Assembly (NCBI GenBank): GCA_016839815.1
Contig: JAEOTM010000171.1
Span: 1 to 63,473, forward strand
Direction: 5' to 3'
DNA: 63,473 bases
Source: Candidatus Hodarchaeota archaeon
GTDB taxonomy: Archaea; Asgardarchaeota; Heimdallarchaeia; Hodarchaeales; Hodarchaeaceae
Within the stretch, counting starts at the first letter, position 1; every line of letters starts with the position of its first letter. This document shows positions 19,416-29,033 of the stretch, piece by piece. Position numbers and translations under genes: made by a program. The notes below the pieces were generated by a model that was given only the letters and a program-made list of their open reading frames with translations, was not told where the DNA came from and ran no database searches.

Positions 19416-20072
19416 TTGCCCCAAGTACTGAATATTCAAATTGATCAAAAGATTCAGGAGAAAAATGATCAAATTGCAGGGAGAATTCGTCAAAAAAGAC
19501 AAGATTTGAATATCCCAATGATTGACATAATGGGAAGCGTCGGTTCTGGGAAAACTTCCATTTTAGAGTATTTTTCAAAGGAATTTGGGAAAAATCAAAA
19601 GTTTCTCGTGATTAACGGAGATCTTGCAACGGATATTGATGCACAAAGAATTAGTCGATTTGGTAGTAAGTGTATTCAGATTAACACAGGACGAGGATGT
19701 CATCTGATGGCTTTCCAGATTGAGAATGCCTTGAATGCCATTAACATGGAAAATTTTGATTTTATCTTTGTTGAAAATGTTGGAAATCTGATCTGTCCTT
19801 CATCAACAGATGTTGGCGCTGATAAAAAGATCACAGTTACAAGCGTTACAGAAGGCCCTTACGTTTTTCGGAAACACCCAGTAACTTTTCGTATGAGTGA
19901 TTTAGCTATTCTCAATAAAGTAGATCTTGCTTTTGCGATGGATATTGATATTCAAGAGATCATTGGAGGATCCAAGGAGCTCTATCCACAACTGGAGGTA
20001 GTACCTACTAGCACAAGAACAGGGGAAGGGATGGAAATATTTGCAAAAAAAATTGGGCTTCGTATAAAATAA
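19416..20072 (+). CDS. hypB: Hydrogenase nickel incorporation GTPase HypB
   Basis: GSGKTS, GDL...DA, INTG.GCHL, ENVGNL.CP, SVTEG, KHP, NK.DL. Confidence 0.95.
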   Translation: MPQVLNIQIDQKIQEKNDQIAGRIRQKRQDLNIPMIDIMGSVGSGKTSILEYFSKEFGKNQKFLVINGDLATDIDAQRISRFGSKCIQINTGRGCHLMAFQIENALNAINMENFDFIFVENVGNLICPSSTDVGADKKITVTSVTEGPYVFRKHPVTFRMSDLAILNKVDLAFAMDIDIQEIIGGSKELYPQLEVVPTSTRTGEGMEIFAKKIGLRIK

Positions 20073-20133
20073 ATAAAACTAGTTTTTTAGGATTCATTTA
20101 AATAAAAAATGAAAACGGACTGTTAAATCTTAG

Positions 20134-21420
20134 CTAAAAAAGACCCAAGAACTTCTTTTTACGAGGTTTTCCCTCTGTTATATCTGGATCATCATCAAGA
20201 GAGAAGCGAGCGGAAGGTAAATTCGTTCTAATTTCCTCTGAATCACGATTTTTTGAAGTAATGACTGAGAAAGGAGAATCTAAGTCCGCAAGGAGTGATT
20301 CTAAATCACTCTTCGAGTAATATAATCCATCGTTCTCGGTTAGAGGTGAATGTACATCACTTAAGACAACAATCACTCGAATTTTATTTCCGAGATCTGG
20401 ATCAATAGTTGCTCCCCAAATGATTTCAGCAGAATTATCTATTTCAGTGGCAATTTTCATCACAGCTTCTTCTGCATCTTTTAAAGCCAGTCCTTCACCA
20501 CCAGATACACAGATAAGGCCTTTCTTAGCTCGACTAATGTCCAAATCATCAAGGAGAGGATTTCGTAAAGCCTCAAAGACTGCTTCATCCACTTTCATGG
20601 TTTGATGATCAGATTCTCCTAATCCAATCATAGCCATTCCACCTTCAGTTAAGATTTTTTTGACATCAGCAAAATCCAGGTTAATAAGCTGTGGCTTTGT
20701 AATCAGTTCTGTAATCGCCATTACTGCTCTCAATAAGACGGCGTCAGCTATTCTAAACGCAGCCATCATAGTAATATCATCAGAGAGCTGAAGAAGTTTT
20801 TCATTTGGAACCACAATAACAGTATCTGAAGCTTCATATAATTTCTTTAATCCCTGTCGAGCGTTTTCATATCTCTTGACCCCTTCCATTTGGAAAGGTA
20901 GAGTACATATTGAAACAGTTAAAGCCCCTTTTTCTTTTGCTTGTCTCGCAATCACATGAGCAGCCCCTGTACCTGTTCCTCCACCAAGTCCACAAGTGAT
21001 AAAGATCATATTTGCATTTAACGTGCTTTTAATTTCTTCTAGGGATTCTCGAGCTGCTGTTTCTCCAATCTCTGGATTATTTCCTGCTCCAAATCCTCTG
21101 GACGTATCTTTCCCAATTAATAACTTTTTATGTGCTCGTGTTGATAGCAAGTGTTGAGCATCTGTGTTTACTGCAACACATTCAGCATCGACTTCTGTAT
21201 TCATTAAACGAAAGATTGCATTATTCCCTGCGCCTCCAACTCCCACTACTTGAACCTTAGGAAGTCGTTCAGTTAAAATATCAGCTATTTCATCATCAAT
21301 TTTCGGAGGTGATGGAATAAACTGTGTAGTTCGTTCCCTTTTTACCTCTCCTAAATTTTTGAACGATCCTGTTCCACTCAACGCATCTTTTAAAATTGAT
21401 TCCATTGGATTAGCCTTCAT
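20134..21420 (-). CDS. ftsZ: Cell division protein FtsZ
   Basis: [33 protein letters not shown]7 loop INLDFAD, IIWGA. Confidence 0.96.
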   Translation of the reverse strand: MKANPMESILKDALSGTGSFKNLGEVKRERTTQFIPSPPKIDDEIADILTERLPKVQVVGVGGAGNNAIFRLMNTEVDAECVAVNTDAQHLLSTRAHKKLLIGKDTSRGFGAGNNPEIGETAARESLEEIKSTLNANMIFITCGLGGGTGTGAAHVIARQAKEKGALTVSICTLPFQMEGVKRYENARQGLKKLYEASDTVIVVPNEKLLQLSDDITMMAAFRIADAVLLRAVMAITELITKPQLINLDFADVKKILTEGGMAMIGLGESDHQTMKVDEAVFEALRNPLLDDLDISRAKKGLICVSGGEGLALKDAEEAVMKIATEIDNSAEIIWGATIDPDLGNKIRVIVVLSDVHSPLTENDGLYYSKSDLESLLADLDSPFSVITSKNRDSEEIRTNLPSARFSLDDDPDITEGKPRKKKFLGLF

Positions 21421-21540
21421 TGTTGGTATGTACCAGTAACCGACAAAAATATTATAGGATAGGGTAATATCGTCATATTATGTCAGAATTAGTCCCGAAA
21501 GATTCACTTAAATTTGCGTAAGAAAAGAGTGGAAATACAA

Positions 21541-21643
21541 TGGGTTCGAGGGGAATTCCGTTATGCTTAACACAAGCATAAGTTCGAACCCCTGAACTCG
21601 TGCACCCCAGGCACGGATCCTAGCCAAGCTAGACCACGAACCC
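21541..21643 (-). tRNA. tRNA-Pro(GGG) with a 28-nt T-loop intron (59/60; 21555-21582)
   Basis: Acceptor GGGTTCG/CGAACCC, anticodon arm CGTGC-CTGGGGT-GCACG. BHB with TTCG/CGGA helix, AAC and ATT bulges and inner helix TTATGCTT/AAGCATAA. Splicing restores TTCGAAT. Confidence 0.93.
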
Positions 21644-21880
21644 CTTTTGTTTTCACTGAATATGCTGATATTTTTTTACGTTTAATCTTCAAATCGCATG
21701 TATACACTAGTAGCGTATTGATTTGCCTATCAGTAATACTTAAGGGCATTTATTTCCCAATGCTAAAGAAATTAAAAGTTGTTCTATTATCTAAATAGAA
21801 CATTCAAATTGCAAAAAGAGATTTGAAAGACGTCTAAGATTCTTTAAATATTAGATTAATGTTGGAGATGGATTTTAAAC

Positions 21881-22987
21881 ATGGAGTACCAGTCAAAAAT
21901 TAAACCTAAGCAAGAATCCTTTACTAAAGTTGCACCAAAGATGGATAAATTAGTATTATCTCCAGTTGGTTATCCTTTAAAAGCAGGAGATGAATCTTCT
22001 CCTTATTTATCAACCGATGATCCCTCTCTATTTCAGCATTATGCTCGTAGCCAGTGGATTGGACTAGTTGTGAAAAAAGGGAACTTTTTGTTTGATTCTC
22101 TCTTGTTTCCAGATTATGCTTTTCGAGCAATTACAGTTGAGCCTAAGGAATCTCAAATAACAAAGAATACTAGAATTCAGTTATATACCGAACAAAAAAT
22201 TAACCCAGGACATAAGATTAGTAAGCAACAATTGACCTACACAGATGTAATTGGTCAGGAGAGTGCCAAAGAAAAGTGTCAAATTATTGGGAAGTTCCTA
22301 AGAAATAAGGATCTGATGAGTTCTTTTTGGGCCCCAAAAAACATTCTCTTTTGGGGGCCCCCAGGAAATGGAAAAACTATGATGGCAAAGGCTCTTTCTA
22401 ATGAGATTAAGAGTTCAATCTTCTTAATAAAAGCCAGTGACTTGTTAGGAATTTATGTAGGTGATGGAGCAAGGAAGATAAAGAACTTGTATTCTGAAGC
22501 CAGAAGATCTGCTCCAGCAGTCATTTTCATTGATGAGCTCGATTCAATTGCGCTGAAGAGGAATTATCAGGGTATAAGGGGTGATGTGGTTGAGCTGGTG
22601 AGTGCTTTACTAGGAGAAATGGACGGTATCGATAGTAATCAAGGTGTTATTACTATTGGTTCTACAAACCAACCCAGTATTCTTGATTCAGCAATATTGA
22701 GTAGATTTGAAGATTTGATAGAATTCAAATACCCTAATCAATCAGAACGAGGAGAAATATTGAAATTGTATGCAGATTTATCACCTATTCCTTTTAATGA
22801 CATATCATGGGATATAATTATTCATCGCACAGATCATTGGTCTGGTAGAGACTTGAAAGAAAAAATCATAAAGGGAGCTATTCATCATGCTGTTTTGTAT
22901 AATCTTTCAAGAATTACACAAAAGGAATTAAATGATTCGCTACAAAAGGCGAAAATTTTTGATGACACTTTTTCCTACTTCTCTTAA
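21881..22987 (+). CDS. AAA+ ATPase, COG1223/MJ1494-type
   Basis: N-terminal P.GYP...F..YAR.QW.G, WAPKNILFWGPPGNGKT, Walker B FIDELD, RGDV.E.V.ALL.EMDG, SGRDLKEK. Confidence 0.88.
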   Translation: MEYQSKIKPKQESFTKVAPKMDKLVLSPVGYPLKAGDESSPYLSTDDPSLFQHYARSQWIGLVVKKGNFLFDSLLFPDYAFRAITVEPKESQITKNTRIQLYTEQKINPGHKISKQQLTYTDVIGQESAKEKCQIIGKFLRNKDLMSSFWAPKNILFWGPPGNGKTMMAKALSNEIKSSIFLIKASDLLGIYVGDGARKIKNLYSEARRSAPAVIFIDELDSIALKRNYQGIRGDVVELVSALLGEMDGIDSNQGVITIGSTNQPSILDSAILSRFEDLIEFKYPNQSERGEILKLYADLSPIPFNDISWDIIIHRTDHWSGRDLKEKIIKGAIHHAVLYNLSRITQKELNDSLQKAKIFDDTFSYFS

Positions 22988-23047
22988 AACTGATTGTGTG
23001 TCACTAAATATTAGTTTTATTTTCTTAGCAATGATGGATATTTACTT

Positions 23048-24169
23048 ATGAAATTTAATCGAACTTCGGAATATTTCTGTCTCCTATCTGGAGAGAATCC
23101 TGAACTTGCTCAATATGAACTGGAAAGTATAGTTCATGCGATGGATAACAAGATATACTTGAAACCTACTAGCGATTCACGAATTATTAGAATTATCCCC
23201 AATAGGTCATTATCCACAAAAGAGAATTTTTACTTTATTCAAAAGTTGATACAAAGAGCTACATTAGTTCATTGTTGTTGTAGAACCCTTTATTACATTG
23301 AATATCGAAATAACTTCTTGAGTAATTTTGAAAACTTGGTGGAATCATTCGATGAAAAGGATCTTTATGGTTTGGAATCCACTAATTCCTTTTGTGTGAG
23401 AACTAGACGAATTAGAAATCCCACTGGATTATTAGCCGAATCCCAAATAACACAAAAGATCTCAGAATTTTTTGGTGCAGCAATACTCAAACTGTTTCCA
23501 AATAAAAAAGTAGATTTAGAGCGTCCTGAAGAAACATATCGAGTAATTGTAAGTAAATATGGACTGTGGTTTGGATTACATGCTTTCGATTCCTTACGTA
23601 AAATAGTTAGAAAACGAACCGCACGAGATCGTCCATTTTTTCATCCAAGTTCAATGAATCCCATCCTACAGAGGACACTTGTTAACCTTGCTGCATTAAA
23701 AGAGGGCCAATGGTTACTGGATCCCTTTTGTGGTACTGGAGGTGCATTACTAGAAGCTGCGAGGCTAGGTTTTAGAAGTATAGGAATTGAAATTGATCGT
23801 AGAATTATATGGGGAGCAATCAGAAACCTGAAATCAGATGATGAAACCAAATCTTTAACTAATTTAATTTTTGGAGATGCAAAACATTTAGGATTTCGTT
23901 TTGGGGCTGTTTCGGCAATTGTTACAGATCCACCTTATGGAACCGCAGCCTCAACTCAAGGGTACAACCTTAGCGATCTTCTTATCGAATTTTTTACAGA
24001 AATTAAGTGTATTCTATTACCAAAGAGTCGTGTAGTAATTTCAATCCCTTCCACTGTTGAGTTTGAGGAAAAAGCTGCTACAATTCTTAATGCATCGTAT
24101 AAGACATTTTATCAGTATGTTCATCGTTCCCTAACTAGAAAAATTCTTGTATTTTCCTTACTTGAATAA
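23048..24169 (+). CDS. tRNA (guanine-10-N2) methyltransferase, THUMP + MTase
   Basis: LSGE.PELA..E, THUMP VDL..P, RPFFHPSSM, LDPFCGTGG.LLEA, TDPPYG, VHRSLTR (Trm11/Trm-G10 family). Confidence 0.9.
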   Translation: MKFNRTSEYFCLLSGENPELAQYELESIVHAMDNKIYLKPTSDSRIIRIIPNRSLSTKENFYFIQKLIQRATLVHCCCRTLYYIEYRNNFLSNFENLVESFDEKDLYGLESTNSFCVRTRRIRNPTGLLAESQITQKISEFFGAAILKLFPNKKVDLERPEETYRVIVSKYGLWFGLHAFDSLRKIVRKRTARDRPFFHPSSMNPILQRTLVNLAALKEGQWLLDPFCGTGGALLEAARLGFRSIGIEIDRRIIWGAIRNLKSDDETKSLTNLIFGDAKHLGFRFGAVSAIVTDPPYGTAASTQGYNLSDLLIEFFTEIKCILLPKSRVVISIPSTVEFEEKAATILNASYKTFYQYVHRSLTRKILVFSLLE

Positions 24170-24584
24170 TCAGAGACTTAAAAGTCATCCACAGATTAAT
24201 CCATTGATGTACAGCTTTCAACGAGCGTAGAGTAGGAAATACCTAAATTAGAAGCATTTAGCGTGTTAGATCTAAGGTTCTAAATGAACAAGATTACAAA
24301 TGGTGTAATCTAAGCGTCAACGAGCATTTAAGAAAAATTGGTCAATAATTTGATTAAATGGATATCCAATCAGGGTATTAAACTACTCTATCATGAATTT
24401 AAGAATATCCATATTTAATTCGACTTCATGAAACCTAGTCATTTAAAAGAATTTAAGGGAAGAGGGACATAAGAAGACATGAAAGAACAGATGTTTTCTC
24501 AATCCTTTAATTTCGTTTAGTTTATTCTAAACACTTTTTGAACAGGCTAGCAATTACATCTGTGAAGTCCAACTTACTGAGAAG

Positions 24585-26522
24585 TTGAAAGAAATTATGG
24601 AAAAGACCGAGAGTGAATCCTTCGAGGTTGATATGGAATTTGAAACTACACGTGATATTCCAATTCCCTCAAGACTAGTCGACCAAGTTATTGGTCAAGA
24701 ACCATCTGTCGCAATAATAAAAAAAGCAGCAATTCAAAGAAGAAACGTCTTACTAATAGGTGATCCTGGGACGGGTAAATCTATGTTGGGACAAGCCTTG
24801 GCTGAATTACTTCCACGTGAAGAGTTAGAAGATATATTATGTTTACCCAATCAAAACGATTCACACACACCGAGAATCATGACTGTACCAGCTGTAGAGG
24901 GAAGAAAAATTGTTGATCATTACAAACAATTGGCTCGTAAGACAGATCAACAGAGGAGTATGTTGTTATTAGGTATACCTGCATTAGTTATTCTTGTTGG
25001 ACTAGCTCTACAAGTAACTAATCCAGAAGGTAACCCAATTCTTTTTGCCATCCTAGTCGCTCTAGTGGCTTTTTTCGTAATTGGTCAATTTCGATCACGA
25101 AGAGAAAATCTTGTACCAAAATTATTAGTAGATAATTCCGAGAGTAATAGTGCACCATTTAATGATGCAACGGGAGCACATGCAGGAGCTCTCCTAGGAG
25201 ACGTTAGGCATGATCCCTTTCAATCAGGTGGATTGGGAACTCCAGCCCACGACCGAGTTGAGGCTGGTTTAATTCATAAATCGCATAAAGGTGTTCTCTA
25301 CATAGATGAAGTCGCAACATTGAATCAGAAGACTCAGCAACAACTACTAACTGCGATGCAGGACAGACAACTCTCTATTACTGGTCGATCTGAGCTTTCA
25401 AGTGGAGCCATGGTAAGAACAGAAGCAGTACCTTGTGATTTCGTGTTAGTAGCTTCTGGTAATATTGATACAGTTCGACGAATGCATCCCGCATTAAGAT
25501 CCAGAATTCGTGGATACGGATATGAAATTGCCGTTAACCATGTTATGAAGGATACTATGGAGAATCGAAGGAAGTTAGTTAGATTTGTTGCTCAAGAGAT
25601 AACTAATGATGGAAAGATCCCGCACTTCTCTCGAGCCGCAGTTCTGGCGATAATCTTAGAGGCCAAAAAAAGAGCAGACAGAAAGCATCATTTGACTTTA
25701 CGATTACGTGATCTGGGAGGTATGATCAGAGCTGCAGGAGATCTCGCAAGAGAAGAAGGAGTCCCATTTGTAGAAGCCCGACATGTTTTTGCCTCACGAA
25801 ATCTTGCACGTTCACTTGAAAATCAAATTGCTGATAAGCAAATTGAACGGAAGAAAGAGTATAAGATCTTTGAAACAGTTGGAAATATCATAGGACGTGT
25901 TAATGGGCTAGCTGTCATGGTCGGTGATTCCGGTGCGGCTCGTGGAGGTCATATTACTCCTATTGAAGCCACTGTTACTCCTGCTCAGGGTACTGGAGGA
26001 AGAGTGATCGCTACAGGAAGTTTACGTGTTATCGCGCGCGAATCTGTCCAGAACGTCTCTGCCTGGTTTAAGAAATATACTGGGACGGATATTAGAAATC
26101 TAGACTTTCACATTCAATTTTTAGGAGTACATGGGATAGATGGGGATAGTGCGAGTATTACCATTGCTACTGCGATTATGAGTGATTTAGAAGGGCTTCC
26201 TGTCAGACAAGATGTCGCGATGACTGGATCCTTTTCTGTAAGAGGTACGGTCTTACCAATTGGTGGAGCAACTGCAAAAATTGAAGGTGCGTACGAAGCT
26301 GGTGTCAAAGAAGTCATCATACCGAGATCAAACCTTGAAGATGTTGTCTTAGAAGATAAGATTAGAGAAGCAGTAAAAATACATCCTGTAGAGACTCTGG
26401 AAGAAGTTTTAGCCATAGCTTTGATTGGTTGGAATGCTAGAAGTCGTGATGTGGAACTTGATCCTTCAACCAAACTACAGGGCATGAGATCATCCCACAA
26501 GTCTGTAGGTTATCCCAGTTAA
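24585..26522 (+). CDS. lonB: Membrane-anchored ATP-dependent protease LonB
   Basis: QVIGQ, GDPGTGKS, two TM helices in the AAA insert, HDPFQSGGLGTP, YIDE, catalytic DGDSAS and TAK (Ser-Lys dyad). Confidence 0.96.
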   Translation: MKEIMEKTESESFEVDMEFETTRDIPIPSRLVDQVIGQEPSVAIIKKAAIQRRNVLLIGDPGTGKSMLGQALAELLPREELEDILCLPNQNDSHTPRIMTVPAVEGRKIVDHYKQLARKTDQQRSMLLLGIPALVILVGLALQVTNPEGNPILFAILVALVAFFVIGQFRSRRENLVPKLLVDNSESNSAPFNDATGAHAGALLGDVRHDPFQSGGLGTPAHDRVEAGLIHKSHKGVLYIDEVATLNQKTQQQLLTAMQDRQLSITGRSELSSGAMVRTEAVPCDFVLVASGNIDTVRRMHPALRSRIRGYGYEIAVNHVMKDTMENRRKLVRFVAQEITNDGKIPHFSRAAVLAIILEAKKRADRKHHLTLRLRDLGGMIRAAGDLAREEGVPFVEARHVFASRNLARSLENQIADKQIERKKEYKIFETVGNIIGRVNGLAVMVGDSGAARGGHITPIEATVTPAQGTGGRVIATGSLRVIARESVQNVSAWFKKYTGTDIRNLDFHIQFLGVHGIDGDSASITIATAIMSDLEGLPVRQDVAMTGSFSVRGTVLPIGGATAKIEGAYEAGVKEVIIPRSNLEDVVLEDKIREAVKIHPVETLEEVLAIALIGWNARSRDVELDPSTKLQGMRSSHKSVGYPS

Positions 26523-26643
26523 GTTTTGTTATTAGAATATTATCTTACTGGATATGCAATCGAATTTCAAATCAGTTGGATAATATTGATCTAACAGAGA
26601 AGTTTTTCAAAACCTCTAACAGGTGACTTCTTATAATAGATTA

Positions 26644-26751
26644 GGATCCGTGGCTTAGCCAGGATAAAGCTTTTGCACAAGTAGAGCTTCTAGAAAGAGC
26701 GGCGGCCTTCTAAGTCGCAGGTCGGGGGTTCAAATCCCCTCGGATCCGCCA
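26644..26751 (+). tRNA. tRNA-Arg(TCT) with a 30-nt D-loop intron (about 20a/21; 26666-26695), CCA encoded
   Basis: Acceptor GGATCCG/CGGATCC+GCCA, anticodon arm GCGGC-CTTCTAA-GTCGC, TTCAAAT loop. The D arm GCTT...GAGC is interrupted by hairpin AAGCTTT/AGAGCTT (BHL-like). Confidence 0.92.
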
Positions 26752-26769
26752 TCTAGCATTATTATAGAT

Positions 26770-26903
26770 GGACTCGTAGCTCAGCATGGATAGAGTGTTT
26801 TCAATAAAAATACTTCTGCAAAGAGCATCTGCCTCCTATTATTTCCGCATAAACGGTTTAGAGAGAAAGCAGAGGGTCGGGGGTTCAAATCCCCTCGAGT
26901 CCG
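26770..26903 (+). tRNA. tRNA-Arg(CCT) with two introns (D-loop 26792-26821; canonical 37/38 26839-26867)
   Basis: Acceptor GGACTCG/CGAGTCC, anticodon stem TCTGC/GCAGA with CTCCTA|A. The D-loop intron has inner helix GAGTGTTTT/AAAATACTT. Confidence 0.9.
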
Positions 26904-26954
26904 TTTTCTTCGTTAGCCAAAAAATTGATTCTAAGTAATAGATATTTATTTGGA

Positions 26955-27057
26955 GGGCCCTTCGCTTAGCATGGATAGAGCGCTTGCCTCCGGAGCAAGG
27001 ATAATTTCTTTAATGATCCCCCGTCAGAGGTCGTGAGTTCAAATCTCACAGGGCCCG
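26955..27057 (+). tRNA. tRNA-Arg(CCG) with a 28-nt intron at about 41/42 (26998-27025; boundary ambiguous by 1-2 nt)
   Basis: Acceptor GGGCCCT/AGGGCCC, anticodon arm CTTGC-CTCCGGA-GCAAG, T arm GTGAG-TTCAAAT-CTCAC. The insert pairs as CCTC/GAGG, CGG/CCG and GGAT/ATCC with CAA and TCA bulges. Confidence 0.88.
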
Positions 27058-27202
27058 TTAAGTTCGGAGGATATTCTTGATCTTTCAATTCATATTTTTT
27101 CTTAAGAAAAATCACGTTTCACTCCGAATTAACCCTCCCCTGCTAAGATTTTTTGTATAGTTGAGTTAAATTAGGATATAGTGTCCTCTTATGTTTTTTG
27201 GG

Positions 27203-27463
27203 TTACATACATTGATAGACTGCATTTACTTGATTACTTTTTGAGCCGAGAAACCAATCTAAGTAATCTCGTTCTTTACGTCGTTTTTTATTATCCTGCT
27301 CGTTTTCGGAGATTTGAGCATCATACATGACTTCTTTTTGTTTATCATGCATTCTTTCATACTCACGACGACGTAGTGCTAACCCGCATACTGTACATAC
27401 ATAGAAGGGAGAATTCCATTTGGCTAATCCTCCGCATTCAGGACATTTTGCGATTATTTCCAC
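27203..27463 (-). CDS. Small Zn-ribbon protein
   Basis: CPECGG...YVCTVCGL followed by a charged helix and YLDWFL. Confidence 0.7.
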   Translation of the reverse strand: MEIIAKCPECGGLAKWNSPFYVCTVCGLALRRREYERMHDKQKEVMYDAQISENEQDNKKRRKERDYLDWFLGSKSNQVNAVYQCM

Positions 27464-27722
27464 CTCTGATAATATGAAAACATTTCTTGACTAGTAAGGC
27501 TTTTTTTATGTTTTCTTGAAGTTCTTTTCTCTCCGAGTTTTTTTCATATCGAATTGTCTATAATCACAGAAATCCAACTTTACTTCAAATCTGAGAAATG
27601 CCCCGAATAAGTTACTATCTTTTTATTCTAGATAATTGACTTTATTAGAATGTCAAATTCTAGAAAAATCTCTCCCCTTTAGTAAGAATACAAATAGGAT
27701 ATAATTCAGAAAAAAGGAAAGT

Positions 27723-28865
27723 ATGACTAAGGTAAGGAATATGTTTCGTATTTTACGAATGCCTTCTGAATCAATCTGGAAAGACCCAGTACTATCTGAA
27801 AGGCTAACACGATATCGAGCTATTTGTAAAGGGAAAAAAATAGCAAGATATTTGATTGCTAAGAAAACTCCAGCATATCTTAATGAAAACGTTCAAGATA
27901 ATGTTAAAGAAATGTGGAAAACTCATAACGAGGCAAGAAATGAATTTAATAAGATACTTAATGAAGTAGATAAAGAAAAATTGAATTTATTTGAGCTAAA
28001 AACTCCTGAAATCAGCTTTTTAGATGTTAAAGCACGAATTGCCAATAAGATAATTGAAAAATGTCATTTATGTGAAAGAAGGTGTCAAGTAAATAGAAGA
28101 GCTGGGGAAAAAGGTATATGTAGATTGGGAGTGAACTCTATTATTTCTTCTGCATTTTTACATGTTGGAGAGGAACCTCCCTTAGTACCGTCGGGTACAA
28201 TCTTTTTCGCTTCATGTGTGTTTAAATGTGTTTTTTGTCAGAATCATGATATTTCCCAGAGTTGGGATAAGAATGTTACTCATTTACAAGAAGATGAAGT
28301 AGATTCCTCTCAGTTGGCAAGAATTCAAAAGAAGTTAATATCCGAAGGTGCAATTAATATTAATTGGGTTGGAGGAGATCCTATCCCCAATGTGCATAAT
28401 ATCTTACATTCACTTCAAACACTGGAAGATAATATAGTTCAACTCTGGAACTCAAATATGTATCTCTCCCATGAATCGATGAATTTACTTGTCGATATCA
28501 TAGATTTTTGGCTCCCAGATTTAAAATTTCGTGAAAATTCCTTTGCCAAGCGGATGTCGGGAGTTGAAAATTACTGGGAAATAGTTACACGAAATATTAG
28601 ATTTGCATATATTGAAGGATCACGTGAGATGATAATTCGACATCTTTGTATGCCTAATCGAATAGAAAAGGATACAATTCCAATTCTAGATTGGGTGAAA
28701 AAGGAAGTACCTAAGGCTTTCGTCAATATTATGGCCCAATATCGCCCAGAGTATCGGGTGCATAGGAATGAGTACCAAGACATAAATAGAAGAATAACTT
28801 CTTCTGAAATGCAGATAGCAAGACAATATGCAGACAACATAGGAATTGCATGGAGGCAAGTCTAA
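27723..28865 (+). CDS. PflX-like radical SAM protein
   Basis: C.LCERRC.VNR, H.GEE.PL.PSGTIFF..C.F.C.FCQN.DIS, NINWVGGDP, WNSN.Y, VNIM.QYRP. Confidence 0.9.
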   Translation: MTKVRNMFRILRMPSESIWKDPVLSERLTRYRAICKGKKIARYLIAKKTPAYLNENVQDNVKEMWKTHNEARNEFNKILNEVDKEKLNLFELKTPEISFLDVKARIANKIIEKCHLCERRCQVNRRAGEKGICRLGVNSIISSAFLHVGEEPPLVPSGTIFFASCVFKCVFCQNHDISQSWDKNVTHLQEDEVDSSQLARIQKKLISEGAININWVGGDPIPNVHNILHSLQTLEDNIVQLWNSNMYLSHESMNLLVDIIDFWLPDLKFRENSFAKRMSGVENYWEIVTRNIRFAYIEGSREMIIRHLCMPNRIEKDTIPILDWVKKEVPKAFVNIMAQYRPEYRVHRNEYQDINRRITSSEMQIARQYADNIGIAWRQV

Positions 28866-29033
28866 TTTTTTTCACGGTACTATAATCTCTCACTATAAAT
28901 TCCACTTTATGCGGTCTCAGAGGTTTTAAATCGGATTAGCAAAACTCTATTAGGATACAATATATAGTGACTCACCTGTCTTAAACGACCTCTCCTTATC
29001 ATATTCATCTTTTTGTATACGGAGTCTTCCTAG

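Noticed and set aside
21567-21749. 60-aa minus-strand ORF
   Set aside because: Runs through tRNA-Pro and its promoter region.
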